DNA of 62,466 nucleotides, counting the filler, from Dugesia japonica (lineage: Eukaryota): NCBI GenBank assembly GCA_001938525.1. It is 4 parts of 4 records of this genome, joined end to end, with 100 filler letters (N's around TTAATTAATTAA, not from the genome) between each part and the next. Parts side by side here need not be neighbours in the genome. Positions count along the whole stretch, not along the records: positions 18,571 to 40,060 come from MQRL01572306.1; positions 40,161 to 52,995 come from MQRL01601704.1; positions 53,096 to 62,466 come from MQRL01430640.1; 1 more part is not named here. One strand, 5' to 3'. The notes under the pieces were generated by a model that made no database searches, was not told the DNA's origin, and saw only the letters and a list, made by a program, of their open reading frames with translations. Made by a program: the position numbers and the translations under genes. Position 1 is the stretch's first letter, and the number at the start of each line of letters is the position of its first letter. Of this stretch, positions 36,480-60,493 are shown one piece after another.

Positions 36480-37488
36480 AGCTCAAGAGCAACAGCCATG
36501 AAAATATTTGAAGGTCCTGGTTTCGTAGATTTAATGAAGGTGATACCAGTCAGGAAGACAAATTACGTTCTGGAAGGTCATCGGTCCTGATAAATGAAGT
36601 TTTGTTGCAAGGTATTACACAAAGGACAGACACCAGCACTCTCATACTGGCTACTCAACTTAGGAAGTCTCAATCAACCATTGTTCAGCACCTTCACGAA
36701 CTTGGTTTTTGCAAAGAAACCCAGATTTTTTTGCCAGGGACTTTCTGATCAACAAGCCAAAAAGAGAGAAGAAATTTCCAAGAAATTGTTGAATAGTCCT
36801 AAAGATGACAAGTTCTGGAGACGAATCATAACTAACAATGAAAAGAGGATATATCTGAGATATTCTATTATCAAAGGGCAGTGGCTTCAGCCAGGTTAGA
36901 AGGTATCATTGGTAGCTAAAAATGGAAGGTTTGAACACAAGGTGATGTTATCCATATGGTGGAATTTTGAGGGTACTGTATTATGGGAGCTAGTTCCAGA
37001 AGGCCGGTCTGTGGATGGAAACCTGTATCTTGCACAATTGGAACGACTTTATGATGTCCTGGCCACTCGTTATCCAGATTTAATTGATAGATAACGGGTG
37101 TTTCTGCAGCATGATAATGCTCCACCCCATAACTCTAAAGTGGTAAAGTCTAAGTTAGAAGACCTTAGTGGAATCAAACTACTACCTCAGCCAGCTTATA
37201 GCCCAGACTTAACTCCATCAGATTATCACTTATTCCAGTCAATGAGTCATTTTCTGATTGGTGAGAAATTTGATTCAGTAGCAGATAACGAAAGTGGATT
37301 CCTTGAGTTTTTGCAGTCCAGGCCAACAGCATGGTTTCAGAAAGAAATCCAAAATTTAGCTGATAGATGGTTGAAGACCTTATCTAGCGAAGGAATTTAT
37401 TTTGATTAATAAAACTGTAATGTTTTTATGAATTTTTTTATATTTATTTTTAGTTCAAAGTGTCCGTGAACTTTAGACTCAACCCAGG
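36480..37488 (+). mobile_element. Mariner (DD34D) transposon remnant
   Basis: RSGRS, IITNNEKRI, KVMLSIWWN, LQHDNAPPH, PAYSPDLTPSDYHLF, GIYFD; frameshifts and stops. Confidence 0.9.
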
Positions 37489-38051
37489 ATTATACTAGTA
37501 ATTATTTTTAAATAATTCTTATAATACAATCAAATAAGGCAAGCAAAAAATTAAGAAAATAATGATTATCTTACTGGAAATTAATAACAGGAAATTCTCG
37601 TTTAATTAGATTACTAAATACGCATAATTACTAATCTTATTTGAAATTCATAGATGGCTGTCAGTTCATTCATAGATTTTATTTTAAAAATATTTACCCA
37701 AAACTAACTTCAGTAATGTTTTGCAATTTCACCCCAAAATTATTTTCATTCAAAAGATATGGGGGTGAAACAACAAATAGGTACACTAACTTCAATAATG
37801 TTAAATAAAATGTAATATGGATTTGAAGGAACATAAAATTTCGATGATTTTCTATAACTTATTATTATTTATGATTTTATAAATAAATTATAGCTGTGAT
37901 AGCCATTGATCAGTAATGATAGTTGAAATGGAAAATATCAATAACAAAGTTGGAATGGTTTTTTACTAATTCATCAATGCAAGAAAAGCCACATTTTTAT
38001 TAATACTTTATTATTAAAAAAAACTGATGTTGTTAATTCAAAGAATTAAAC

Positions 38052-38508
38052 TCATGTTGATTTAGGTGGCTTGTACCAGTCATAATAGTCATAAGGCATC
38101 CATAATGGTCTGTGATAACAGTTATCTTGAAGTACACCCTTAATATCTTTGTAGAAACACCCATTTCGTCTGCAGCAATTCTTTGCAAACATATTAAGAT
38201 ATGTATATATCTGACGTTTCTGTGTTCTCCTTTTAAAAGCTGGCGTCATAGAATTATCTAAATATGCAAATGTTTTTTAAATTTAATTAAATTTTTTAAA
38301 CGCAGAATTTACCAGATCTCTTTCGTTTCTTCTTCATAACGCATTTAAGAGCTCCAAGTTTCCAATGAGGCCTAGGTTTTAACTGTGGATCATCTCGACG
38401 AATACACCAGAACACTTCACCCCACATAGCATTTGTTTCATGAGAACACATGAAGATCGCTATAAGAACACATAACAACAAAATTTTAAAATTGAATAAT
38501 GATTTCAT
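38052..38508 (-). CDS. Divergent insulin/relaxin-like prepropeptide, 133 aa, exons 38508-38313 and 38257-38052
   Basis: Signal peptide; B-like chain C-X20-C; KKKRKR, short C-peptide, KRRTQKR; A-like chain CC-X4-C-X12-C. A 55-nt phase-1 GT..AG intron in the C-peptide joins both ORFs in frame. Confidence 0.75.
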
Positions 38509-38763
38509 TATTAAAATTCACAATTTATTTTCATTACTTTTATTACCGAAATTAAAGGTTTTTATATTTAATTTTAACACAACAAACCGAAAACTGGGTT
38601 AAATCCTGAAATTAACGGCTTCAGTTTCATATTTCAATCACAAATTTAATTAATACTTATTTTCCTGTTAACTTTCATAATTTATAGTTTTCCATTTGTT
38701 TTAATTAAGTTTTGTTCGGATTACTATTAATTATTCTAAAACAAATACGTAAAAAATAATTAA

Positions 38764-38823
<60 letters not shown>

Positions 38824-38876
38824 NNNNNNNNNNNNNNNNNNNNNNNNNNNNNNNNNNNNNNNNNNNNNNNNNNNNN

Positions 38877-38930
<54 letters not shown>

Positions 38931-40060
38931 TAATAATAGTAATAATAAAATTAATTCATTTCATAACACACTGTATGTGTATATTAGCTTGGGGTTAATT
39001 ATAATTAATTATTAATAAATAATTATAAATAATTATTTATTGCTCTTTATCAAATTAAGTAATCATTCCTTAATAATTAAAACTTTCTAAATTCCCAATT
39101 TCTAGCACTTTAAATTGCAAACTTTTTCTTAATTAATTTTTGACATTGTTTTCTTTTCATTCTTCGCATAGTTTTTTGAGAGGTTTTGCTCCTATTGTTC
39201 TTATTGTCTGTTGTTTCTTCGCTTCTCTCTTTTTTTCATTTTTAAGCCATTGATATTTTTCTATATTGTTTATTATTTATAATTTATTTATGATAAATTC
39301 ATTAATTTGCTAATTATTCCAAAATTGGGTTGATTATATTGGTCAATTGTATTAATTTATATGAAATAATTTTTATTTGGAATTTTTATTTGTTTATGCT
39401 ATTTTGTTAAGTAATGTAAACAAAGTTTTGTTTTGAATTTGTGTTAGTCTAATTCTAATGTCTAATAAGTTACATTTTTATTAATTCTTTTCATTATTTT
39501 GTAAATTATTAACTTTCGAATAAAATTTGATGAGTAAATTTTATCATTTATTTTTATTAATTTAATAAACTAATATTAAATATAATGAACTCAACATTGT
39601 AGAGAATATTTCCTCAAAATATAATAATAGAAATTATTAGTTTAGGGTACCGGGAATTACTAAACCTGTGGAGGGCCGACCGGAGGCCGGTGTAAACGGT
39701 GCGACCGCATAAGGATCCCGCGTCGTTTCCGATTTTAAATAAAATGCTATTAATAAATAAATTTTATCTTTTGTTTTTGAAAAAATTACTATAAACAACT
39801 TTATAATTATTTAAAACATAATTTATTATATTAATAAAAGTTTTCTAGTGTAATATTAATATATTCATAAAGTAAAACTAAAACAACGATTTTCTATTGT
39901 ACTTGTTAGAAGTCTGTTTCATAACCATAATATTTATTTAAATAATCAAAGAACAATGGCAATCTTTTAATAAAAACTTTTAAACGCCATTTCAATATAT
40001 ATTTGTAGATTACATGTTTCGACAGCATAACTATCATCTTCGGATACAATAATAATTCTT

Positions 40061-40160
40061 NNNNNNNNNNNNNNNNNNNNNNNNNNNNNNNNNNNNNNNN
40101 NNNNTTAATTAATTAANNNNNNNNNNNNNNNNNNNNNNNNNNNNNNNNNNNNNNNNNNNN
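40061..40160. other. Artificial contig linker
   Basis: 44N-TTAATTAATTAA-44N. Confidence 0.95.
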
Positions 40161-40174
40161 ATAAGAAAAACTAC

Positions 40175-51361
<11,187 letters not shown>

Positions 51362-51873
51362 CTAAAATGAAAACATAATTTTAAAAAAAATTCTCATAAT
51401 ATCATTTTATAATATTTCGAAACTCAACTATTTGTTAATGATAAATTGTATAGTATCAATAATAATGATGTGAGATATATTATATAAATCTAACACAATA
51501 ATTTCATATAATCAAATAGAATTTTCCTAATTACAAATAATCAATAAACTTAATTACAATAAAACAAAATTATTTATATAAAATCATTCAATTTTTTTTA
51601 TTGGATTTAAGTTATATTCAAATATTTTAGGGCTTTTTGTAGTATAATAATTAGTTTAGTCTACATTCAGTTATAAAATAATGATAAATTTATATAAATC
51701 ATAAAGAAAATATGCAAAAACCTAAATTTATACACACCTAAAAATAAATCATAAAAATATAACTAAATAAATAAATAAAAATATAACTAACTAAAAATAA
51801 AATATATAAAATTATAGATAAATTCATTTAAGGCCTTATTGAAACTCATTATTATTGAAACAAAGTGAAATTA

Positions 51874-52119
51874 TTTTACAATTGCAATTATTGCGAGAAT
51901 AATTGTTAGACATAACTATTGATCGTTTATCAGAACTCATTTAAAATAAAAGCTTCGATCAAAATTTTTGTTTTTTTTGTATTTGATAACAATTCTATAT
52001 TTCGACTTTGTCTTCTTCATTAACTTTTCTTTACTTTCCTGAAGAAAACAAAGTCGAAATATCGATTTGTTATCAAATACCAAAAAAAAACAAAAATTTT
52101 GATCGAAGATTTTATTTCA
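51874..52119 (-). mobile_element. Penelope pLTR insertion with back-to-back hammerhead-like motifs
   Basis: 12-bp TSD AAAGTGAAATTA (51862-51873, 52120-52131); inverted arms each with TGAAGA-A(G/A)ACAAAGTC-GAAATAT. Confidence 0.75.
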
Positions 52120-52499
52120 AAAGTGAAATTACTCGAGATTCCGTAGAAAATATTTTCGATTTTCAGTACCTAGAATTATGTAGAGAAACAAATTTGATTG
52201 CAAATTAATGACATAGGGAAGTTAAAATTAAATATTAAATAAATGTGTTTAAATTAATTAAAATAGTAGAAACATGAAAGATTTAATATAAAATTAGGTA
52301 AAATTAGTTATAATGGGTAGTTTAAAAAGTTTCCACTGCTTTAGACAATATATAGCTGTAAAATTAAAAATTTCCTTTTTTACAATGAGAACAACTCACC
52401 TGAAAGGTTACATATCATAGATAATTAAAGAAAATAATAGAAAACATTTGAGAGTTAAATTTTCAGTCAAACGTTATTCCATAATAAAAATAATTGAAA

Positions 52500-52790
52500 A
52501 TAAAGCAATTCGATATATTCTGAAATTATATTTCATAGAAAGGAAGAATGCAACGCATGATGCTAAAAGGATATGTGAAATTTGTGGTAATGGTGCTGCA
52601 CTATAAAAATAGTTTTGTCAATCATTCGCTCGATTTCCTACTTGAAATTTCAATGTCAAAGATGCACTTCATTCTGGCCAACCAATCACTGATGGAATCA
52701 TGCATAAAGTGTTGTAAGACACGTCGTTGAAGAACTCCAAATTCACCATCAAACAGTTTTAAATCATTTGGAAAAAGCTCGATTATAAAA
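52500..52790 (+). mobile_element. Mariner N-terminal HTH remnant
   Basis: NATHDAKRICEICG...FARF...NFNVKDALHSGQP. Confidence 0.55.
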
Positions 52791-52995
52791 TAACTTGAAT
52801 GCTTTGTTACCACACGATTTAACAAAGGAAAAATAAATAGACTGAGCTTTTATCTATTAATCACTGATGTGAGTGAATCACTGTAACGAAAATTGGGTCA
52901 CATTACGCCAATAAAATAAAATTTATTAATCAATAAAAAGTCAATCAAATTATATTGAAATTATATTTAATATAAATGTTTAATAAATATTTCTC

Positions 52996-53095
52996 NNNNN
53001 NNNNNNNNNNNNNNNNNNNNNNNNNNNNNNNNNNNNNNNTTAATTAATTAANNNNNNNNNNNNNNNNNNNNNNNNNNNNNNNNNNNNNNNNNNNN
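52996..53095. other. Artificial contig linker
   Basis: 44N-TTAATTAATTAA-44N. Confidence 0.95.
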
Positions 53096-53130
<35 letters not shown>

Positions 53131-53703
53131 AATTTGAAACAACTCGAACATTTTATAAATGAAAACATTTTGTTTTTATTTAAAATTGAAAATAAATGCA
53201 TTTATAAAACATTAATATTTATTTAGTGAGACAAATATGGATACACAAATGTCATAACCGTCTGAAAAGGAAATTAATTGAAAAACATGGTCTTAAGAAA
53301 ACAGATTTTTTAAAAATGTATTCAATTGATAGGATATGGTAAAAATTATGAAATGTACATAATGCATAAAATTTATTTATTTAATATGTATGATATCTAC
53401 TTATTTGCTGGCATTTTAAAACTTAATCATAAATTTTATTGAAACATGAAATTTTTAAACTTGGTGGAAATGACAAAAGTTAAAATATGGTTTTGTTCAA
53501 ATTATTGTTAAGACTAAACGATTTAAACTTAAAAGAAAATGTTAATAATTTTCCAATTAATGAGAAATTAATGAAATAATAATAAATTATTAATAATTCA
53601 AATATAATCATAAAATATATTCATTTGATATAAAAGCTTTGATCAAAATTTTGGTTTTTTTATTGATATTGGATAACAATTCTATATTGTCTTCGTCAAA
53701 AGT

Positions 53704-53740
53704 CAATTCCTGAAGAAGACTAAGTCGAAATATCGAATTG
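53704..53740 (+). ncRNA. Minimal type I hammerhead ribozyme (Penelope pLTR type)
   Basis: Stem I CAATTC/GAATTG, core CTGAAGA, stem II GAC-TAA-GTC, GAAA, palindromic ATAT stem III, TC cleavage site at 53734. Confidence 0.7.
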
Positions 53741-54373
53741 TTATCAAATCCCAAAAATAAAAAAAATTTGATCGAAGCTTTTATTTTAAATAATTTATTT
53801 ATATTTAATTGTTTTCTTAGATTTATAACTACACATAACGCAGTGATGGAAAACACGAGGAAGGCGAGCCTCATTTAGTCCAGAACTATGTTACGAGCGA
53901 CCAGTGATCCAAGTTCATGAAAAATCCAAAATGTATTTTTTTTATAGAAATATAATTTTATACAACCAACATTTCACGGATTCACAACGGTCTCCTCCAA
54001 AATGCTAGCTGAAAAATGATACTTTAACAGTTCTATATTAAAATTCGAGGATGTATAGTATAGTATAGTACATATAATCAATGGACGGATCCACAGTGGG
54101 AGATTGGGGCTTTCGAATAAGCTATATAAAAGTAAGGTACGACTACCCACATGAATGTTACGATGGCAGTATGAGAAAATAAAGAAGAAATGATTAAAAT
54201 CAATTTTGTATTTATAAGTCGAAATGAATATGATAAAAAAAAATTCAAAAGTAGATATTTAGTGGAGCACTAAAAATTTTTTTTTTATTGCAAAGTTACC
54301 TTTTTGGTAATTATTCACTTTTGAAAATTTTTAACCACTGATCAAATGATAAAATTAAATATTTTAATATTAT

Positions 54374-54723
54374 TAGAAAAGTTTATTTTGTTAAAATATT
54401 TAATTTTTTTAAAAATAAAATTAAATATTTTCAAAATAAATATAAAAAATGTTTTTTTAAAAATTTTTAAGGTTAAAAATTTAATTTTTTTCCGACAATT
54501 TTCGATTTTATCTTCTTAAAGAGTTGTGATTGATTTATTCAATTAATTTAATTACAACTTCTAAAGAAAATAAAATCGAAAATTTTCGTCGAAAAAATTA
54601 AATTTTTGAAATGTTTAACCTTAAAAATATTTTTTGATCAAAGTATTAGTTTACTTTAATTTTAAAAATATTAAATTTTACTTTTTAAAAAAATTATATA
54701 TTTAAACAAAATGAACTTTTCTA
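54374..54723. repeat. Long imperfect inverted repeat (~170-bp arms)
   Basis: TAGAAAAGTTTATTTTG...AAGGTTAAA...TTTCGATTTTAT mirrored around ~54545. Confidence 0.7.
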
Positions 54724-56499
54724 CAGGATTTCCTTGAAAATTAATTAAAAATTAATAAATTTTAACTAAAAATCCTTATTTTCACTTTACTTAAACAAGA
54801 ATTTAATTTCCCGGTCGATTGTATAATAAATCACGTTATTATTTTTATATCGCTCCACCATGAAAAATTCCATGGATCCGTCGCTACCTATGATATCAGT
54901 GATGCACAACCTGTGGCCTGCATATTTTGCATGCATTCCATGTGACTTTGAATTAAACTGATTATGACAAAAAAATTTATGCATCTTGATAGAATGAAGC
55001 TACAAAAATAACAGCCAGTTCAAATGATCTTGCCTAAAATTTTAATAATCTAAAGACAATAATCAAATCCTAAGAATGAATAAGAAATGCAGTCAATAAT
55101 GGAATTTGCCCAAAACTTAACAAGGTAGGTTTCTCTCATTAAGTAGAACTAGAAAAGGTTTAATCAAGTCAGAAGTCAACATATTAGAATTAATAGACAA
55201 CTTTTGCAAAAAATCCCAAAAAGTTGCTATTGGATTGATAATCTCAACATAACAATAATTTGTTGGACACTAATGTTCAACAAGGGATTGACAATATACA
55301 TTCAAATTTCCATTGTCACCAATTGACTTTTTATTTAATTCACAATGATGACCAAAAAAACCGCACAATGATTTTAGGAACAATTCAAAACGCACGAGTT
55401 GATATTTTCAAACTTACGTTATTTTGAATATCGTCACATTGAGGTTCAACTAATTATATAAATGAACAATTTTTAATTTATAAATTAACAAATTGGATTT
55501 AAAGAGAATAAACAAGAAACTTATTTTTACAAAATTACTTTGTTAACTTGAACCCGTCAATTTAAATTTACAGAAATTGGATGTTGAATAATGAAATTTA
55601 AATAAAATATTAACTAATTTATTTTATTTAATCAGAAAAGTAATGAATAAACTTATTTAAAATTTCTGAAACATTTTTGGAAGAGACTGGAAGACTTAAT
55701 TACCTATTCGGAAAACCGTGTGAGAAAAACACTGATAATCATTAATGAAAAATAATTATCAACGGATTATATTACCAAGAGAATTAGTGTCACAGAAATT
55801 GTTTCAAAAAATATTAATTATAAATCATATAGTAAAATGAAAGATAAAATCAATCACATTTTCACAAAAAAAATTGATTTTGATAATTTCAACATCAAAT
55901 AATAAAAAATTAGAAATTATAAAAGAATTGAACTTTTTATAAGTAAATTAATAAGGAAATAGGTATTATTTACCATAAATATCTTTACTTATTAGGAAAC
56001 AAGTTAGATAAAACTAATAATTTGGGAAATGTTTTTTTTACAATAGAGTTTCCATAATGAAATGAAAATTGGAATAAAAAAAAGAAAATATTTTTTAGAA
56101 AATCTACATGTNNNNNNNNNNNNNNNNNNNNNNNNNNNNNNNNNNNNNNNNNNNNNNNNNNNNNNNNNNNNNNNNNNNNNNNNNNNNNNNNNNNNNNNNN
56201 NNNNNNNNNNNNNNNNNNNATTGGCCCAAAATATTCATATTTTAATAAAATGATTTAAAAATACCGACAATCTCGGTATAACAGATTATTTTCATACCGG
56301 GATTACGATGCCAGAAAAGATAAAATCTGTTTTTTATGGTTTATCATATTTATTCTTATTTTTTATGCATTTAAAAAATGCTTTTAAAATTTTAATTAAT
56401 TATTAATGTTTATCTGTAATTCTTTAATATCTAGCTTAAATTATGAAAGCTAAATTAACAAAAAAAGGAAAGAGTTGAATAAGTTCTAATGACCGTCCA

Positions 56500-56900
56500 G
56501 GTTCTTCCAATCTATCAATAGGTGTTGATTTTAATTTACAATACCAACAGAGAAACTCAATTAACCAGACAACTGTTGGGAAGATAATAAAATGTTTCAA
56601 AGAAACAAGAAGTGAAGAAGATAAACTTCGGACAGGCCGCTCACAAGTAGTAATTGATGAAGCGAAAAAATTTGGTATGAACAAACGTTTTCTACCAAAT
56701 TTTCTTGTTGTGAACATCGGATTTTCTTTCAGCCGTCAATCCATGGTTCGCCGGTCTACAATTTTGGGCTTTTATTGTCCATTCCTCCGTAAGACATACT
56801 GGCAACACTTCCTGAACATTTTGAACCATATCTGNGCATTCCTAACAGTGAATGTATCATTTCCCTGGAATTCAATGATGTTTCCAGCTGCTTTCTATTG
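56500..56900. mobile_element. Tc1-like N-terminal fragments
   Basis: KCFKETRSEEDKLRTGRS on the plus strand resembles the Tc1 HTH/GRPR linker. Confidence 0.4.
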
Positions 56901-58699
56901 CATATTTAGGTGGTTTCATAATCTTCAGTGTTTTTTGGATTATAGTATAAGATCATTGGATTTTGATGGTAGGCGAAAAATAGTACCCAGTGATTGAATA
57001 AAATTATTGAATTATTGATGTGGAAAACTGTGAAAATCTTTGACATTGTTTAAATTAAAATATTTCACAATGCCAAAAATAGGTTTTTCATTTAAGTTTG
57101 CCAAAATTTGTACCCATATCGGAAAAGACAGATTTATACTTTTTAGGTGATTAGTTATGAAGTCTTGAGTATCAGAGAACCAAAAGAAATTTATGAAATT
57201 TTCATTGTTATCATTTATTGAAAGCTTTCACAATTAGCTAGACTGGTAAGAAATTGTTGATTGTGATGCCAGATTGTCATACATTGTTGCCTTAAAGATA
57301 TTCATTGCTGTGTTTTTAATGATGAGAAAAGCTGTTTTGTTTCTAAATTTATCCCTGTAGGCTTATCCCCGTATTGGACGTGGATTTCTGCGTATTCAAG
57401 TGGATCAGTGTTTGAGTCATGAAAAATATCAACGGATAGATCAATTGGATTATTGCGATAATTTGCACAAATCAGGTTATGAGGAGATACTTTATTATTA
57501 GTCTCAGTAATCTCTGGAGGCTTGTAAAGATTAAGGAGTCATTTATTCCTTTTGGCTGCATTTCTTCTTATTTTTAATTTATAGGCGCAAATTAACTTAA
57601 GGATTTCGGCCAACTCTATTGAACAGCGAGTATTAAATGTAGTTATTCTCTTCTATTTATTTAATTTCGTTAGGAAGTCATGGGTGATTACTCTCTCCAT
57701 TGTAGTATTTTCAATCAATTTAGTGTAGTTTTCGATATAACCCTTCATTTTAATCTTGAAAACTTTTGCGAGGCCAAAACAATTTTAAGATTCTTGACTC
57801 AATGTCATCACAGATGCTATTGAGGCGATCATGTGACCTTATTTTGTTAGGGTTAGTATAGATAAAATACATGTGAAACTTGATATTAAAAGTTTTTAAT
57901 TAAAAATAAAAATTAAATTAAATTCTTAAATTCAAAAAATTCATTTCTAGTTTAAAATTCCAATAATTCATCAATACGTTTTCTAATAAATATGTAATGT
58001 TACACTGTAAAGCAAGTATGTAACTTTAATTTGACTCATTTCTAGACAATATTTATAAATTGAAGCAATATGATATAATTGTATATTGTATATAACCANA
58101 CAAAGTGAGTGTCAAAACTGTAAACATGTAAAAGAAAATATGAATTTCATTTTTTAGTTTAATGTGTATTTTACATAAATTATCCTTTCTCTCAAAGATT
58201 CATGAACATCTAGCGAAATACAAGAATTTTTACAAAATGTATATATTTAATAAGATTATAAAATATTTTTAACCGGTTATATAATGCAAAGTATACTTTC
58301 AGCATACATTGATATAAAATTAATAGTACATAGAACCTTATCGGTTTTAAACTATGGAGCACAGATAATTTTTTCTGATTTTATATTCTTAATATTTTGA
58401 TCTTCAATTTACCTAAATTGTTGTAAGTTAATTTACTTTATATTTGATTAAAGATCGTGTATTTTCGATAGGTGATAAGTTTGATAGTTGAGGTGGACAC
58501 TATAATAGAGAATATAACTATGAACGTATATACCAAGAGGTGACAGTAAAAGCTGATATCCCAACCAAACAATTATTGATTAAAATTGTACGCAAATAGC
58601 CATCAATATTAATCTACGGGGCGGAAAGGCAAAACACAACTGAGATTTATTGAAGGAGTTGCTAAAGGGCAAAACAATGTCGCCCCTCAAGAAGAACAA

Positions 58700-59167
58700 A
58701 GACAACAGTAAATCAATCTGTTTATCGTACTAAAATGTTTCCCAATATGTTTCAAGACTTAAAAGAAATAATGGATGGTAAAATTTGGATTTGGCAACAA
58801 CAAGTATTAAGCGACAGACAGCTAAAGAAACTACTAAATAAATACAAGATAAAACTACAAGTTTAATTATGCCTGATCAATGGCCCTCAAAATGTCTTGA
58901 TCTGAATATTATTGATTACTTGATTTGCGGAACACTGTTATAATAATTACAGATTGCACACAGTGAGGTGAATCATATTAATGAACTTAAACTAGTTCTA
59001 ACAAAATCATGAAATAATATTAGTCAAGAAACCATACAAAAAGCTACCAAAGGTTGGATAAATGCAGTGAAAATAATGGAAATCATTTCGAACATTTGTA
59101 ATTACATGTATTTTAACGTTTCGTAATTTCTTTATATATCCTTCGGAATTTTATTAATCACTCAGTA
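58700..59167 (+). mobile_element. Tc1/mariner superfamily remnant (transposase C-terminus)
   Basis: WIWQQ, DQWPSKCLDLNIIDY (WPxxSPDLNPxDY), NGNHFEH. Confidence 0.65.
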
Positions 59168-59551
59168 CATGCATTCGTTTAATAGGGTCTTCACAACCAA
59201 AATAATCAATATAATAAATTTATTAATTACTTCTTCTAAAAATTTTGATTGAAAAAGGAATCAATATTTACAATTATAGTTGCACCTAAATGAAAGAAGT
59301 TGCATTTAAATATAAAACTAAATAATGAAATAATAAGCGGATATTTTAATATTTAAAAAAACATTATATAACATTATAAAAAATAACAAAAATTTGTGAA
59401 TTTGAAATTTTTTTTTTAATTATTTGTTTAACACATTTAATAAATTTAAGAAATTATTTTAATTAACAAAAAAGAATTTTATATTTTTCAGTAATATTTT
59501 ATTCTCCATTGCATATCTAGTCTAGTCAACAAGTTTATCAATGCTACTTAC

Positions 59552-59695
59552 CAACATTGAATTCTTCTCCCGAATCATCGAGTCGAAGTTCTCTCAATTT
59601 GTCTGATTGTCTTTCATCATCAGCAATGGCGAATTGAATTTTTTCTTTATAATCGATAGCAATCTTGGTAATTTTGTCTAACCATTTCTTTGTAG
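59552..59695 (-). CDS. PDIA4: Protein disulfide isomerase (PDIA4/ERp72-like) internal exon, b' domain
   Basis: TKKWLDKITKIAIDYKEKIQFAIADDERQSDKLRELRLDDSGEEFNV resembles PDIA4 W..KV..VA.DF...FAIADEE...LGL.ESGEDVN; TTCAG acceptor and GTAAGT donor; 144 nt. Confidence 0.75.
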
Positions 59696-60181
59696 CTGAA
59701 CGATGAAAATATATTAACTCATACAATGATTTTAAATTTAATAAACTATAGCTCAGAATTCAAATATTTGTCATAATAATTTCACAAAATTAAATTTAAA
59801 ATTCAAATCACAAAAAATCCAATTTCATTTAAACAAATCAAGTTGGTTGAATTAGGTCAAAGCTATACCAGCATTCAATCTTTTAATTAACCAATGTTCT
59901 ACCAAACATTGGTGTTCTGTGAGAGTAAATATGTTTTCCCAGCATTTGAAAATCAGTGGAAAATTAAAAGACTTATAAAAAGTCATTGTTTTCAGTTTTG
60001 TCGTCTTTACTTGTAGTTATCTTAAATAAGTACTTATGTTGACTTTTATTGATTTCTGGCATGTGAGTGTGGAGTCTCTGTAAACAATTAAATCCCAAAA
60101 ACTGGCCTATACAGATGTGTTTCTCGATTAAAAAAAACGTTACTGTTACTTTCTTATTCTAATTAGTCAAATTTCTTAGAC

Positions 60182-60493
60182 CAGTGGTTCTCAAACTGTA
60201 CGCCTCGGCGCCCTAGGGAGCCGTGGCTGTATCACAAGAGCGCTGCGAAAGGTTTCAATATAAGAAATCTATAAAAGTAACTAATCCTAAGGACGAGTAA
60301 AATTCCATATATTGACAATCTGTTGTGACATCAAACTATAAACTACATAATTTTTTAATAATATAGTAGTAATAATATGATATATTTAACCCATAAATTA
60401 AAACATAATAGATAAAAAATTTGATTTGGGACGCCGTAGAAAAATTTTAATATATTAGGGGTGCTACTAACCAAAAAGGTTATGGAATAACTG
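60182..60493. mobile_element. hAT/Charlie-like MITE
   Basis: CAGTGGTTCTCAAACT left TIR, degenerate right end ...GGAATAACTG, TAG-centred flanks. Confidence 0.65.

Noticed and set aside
57200-57800. Coding-like composition
   Set aside because: No interpretable motif in the frames examined; probably old transposon debris.
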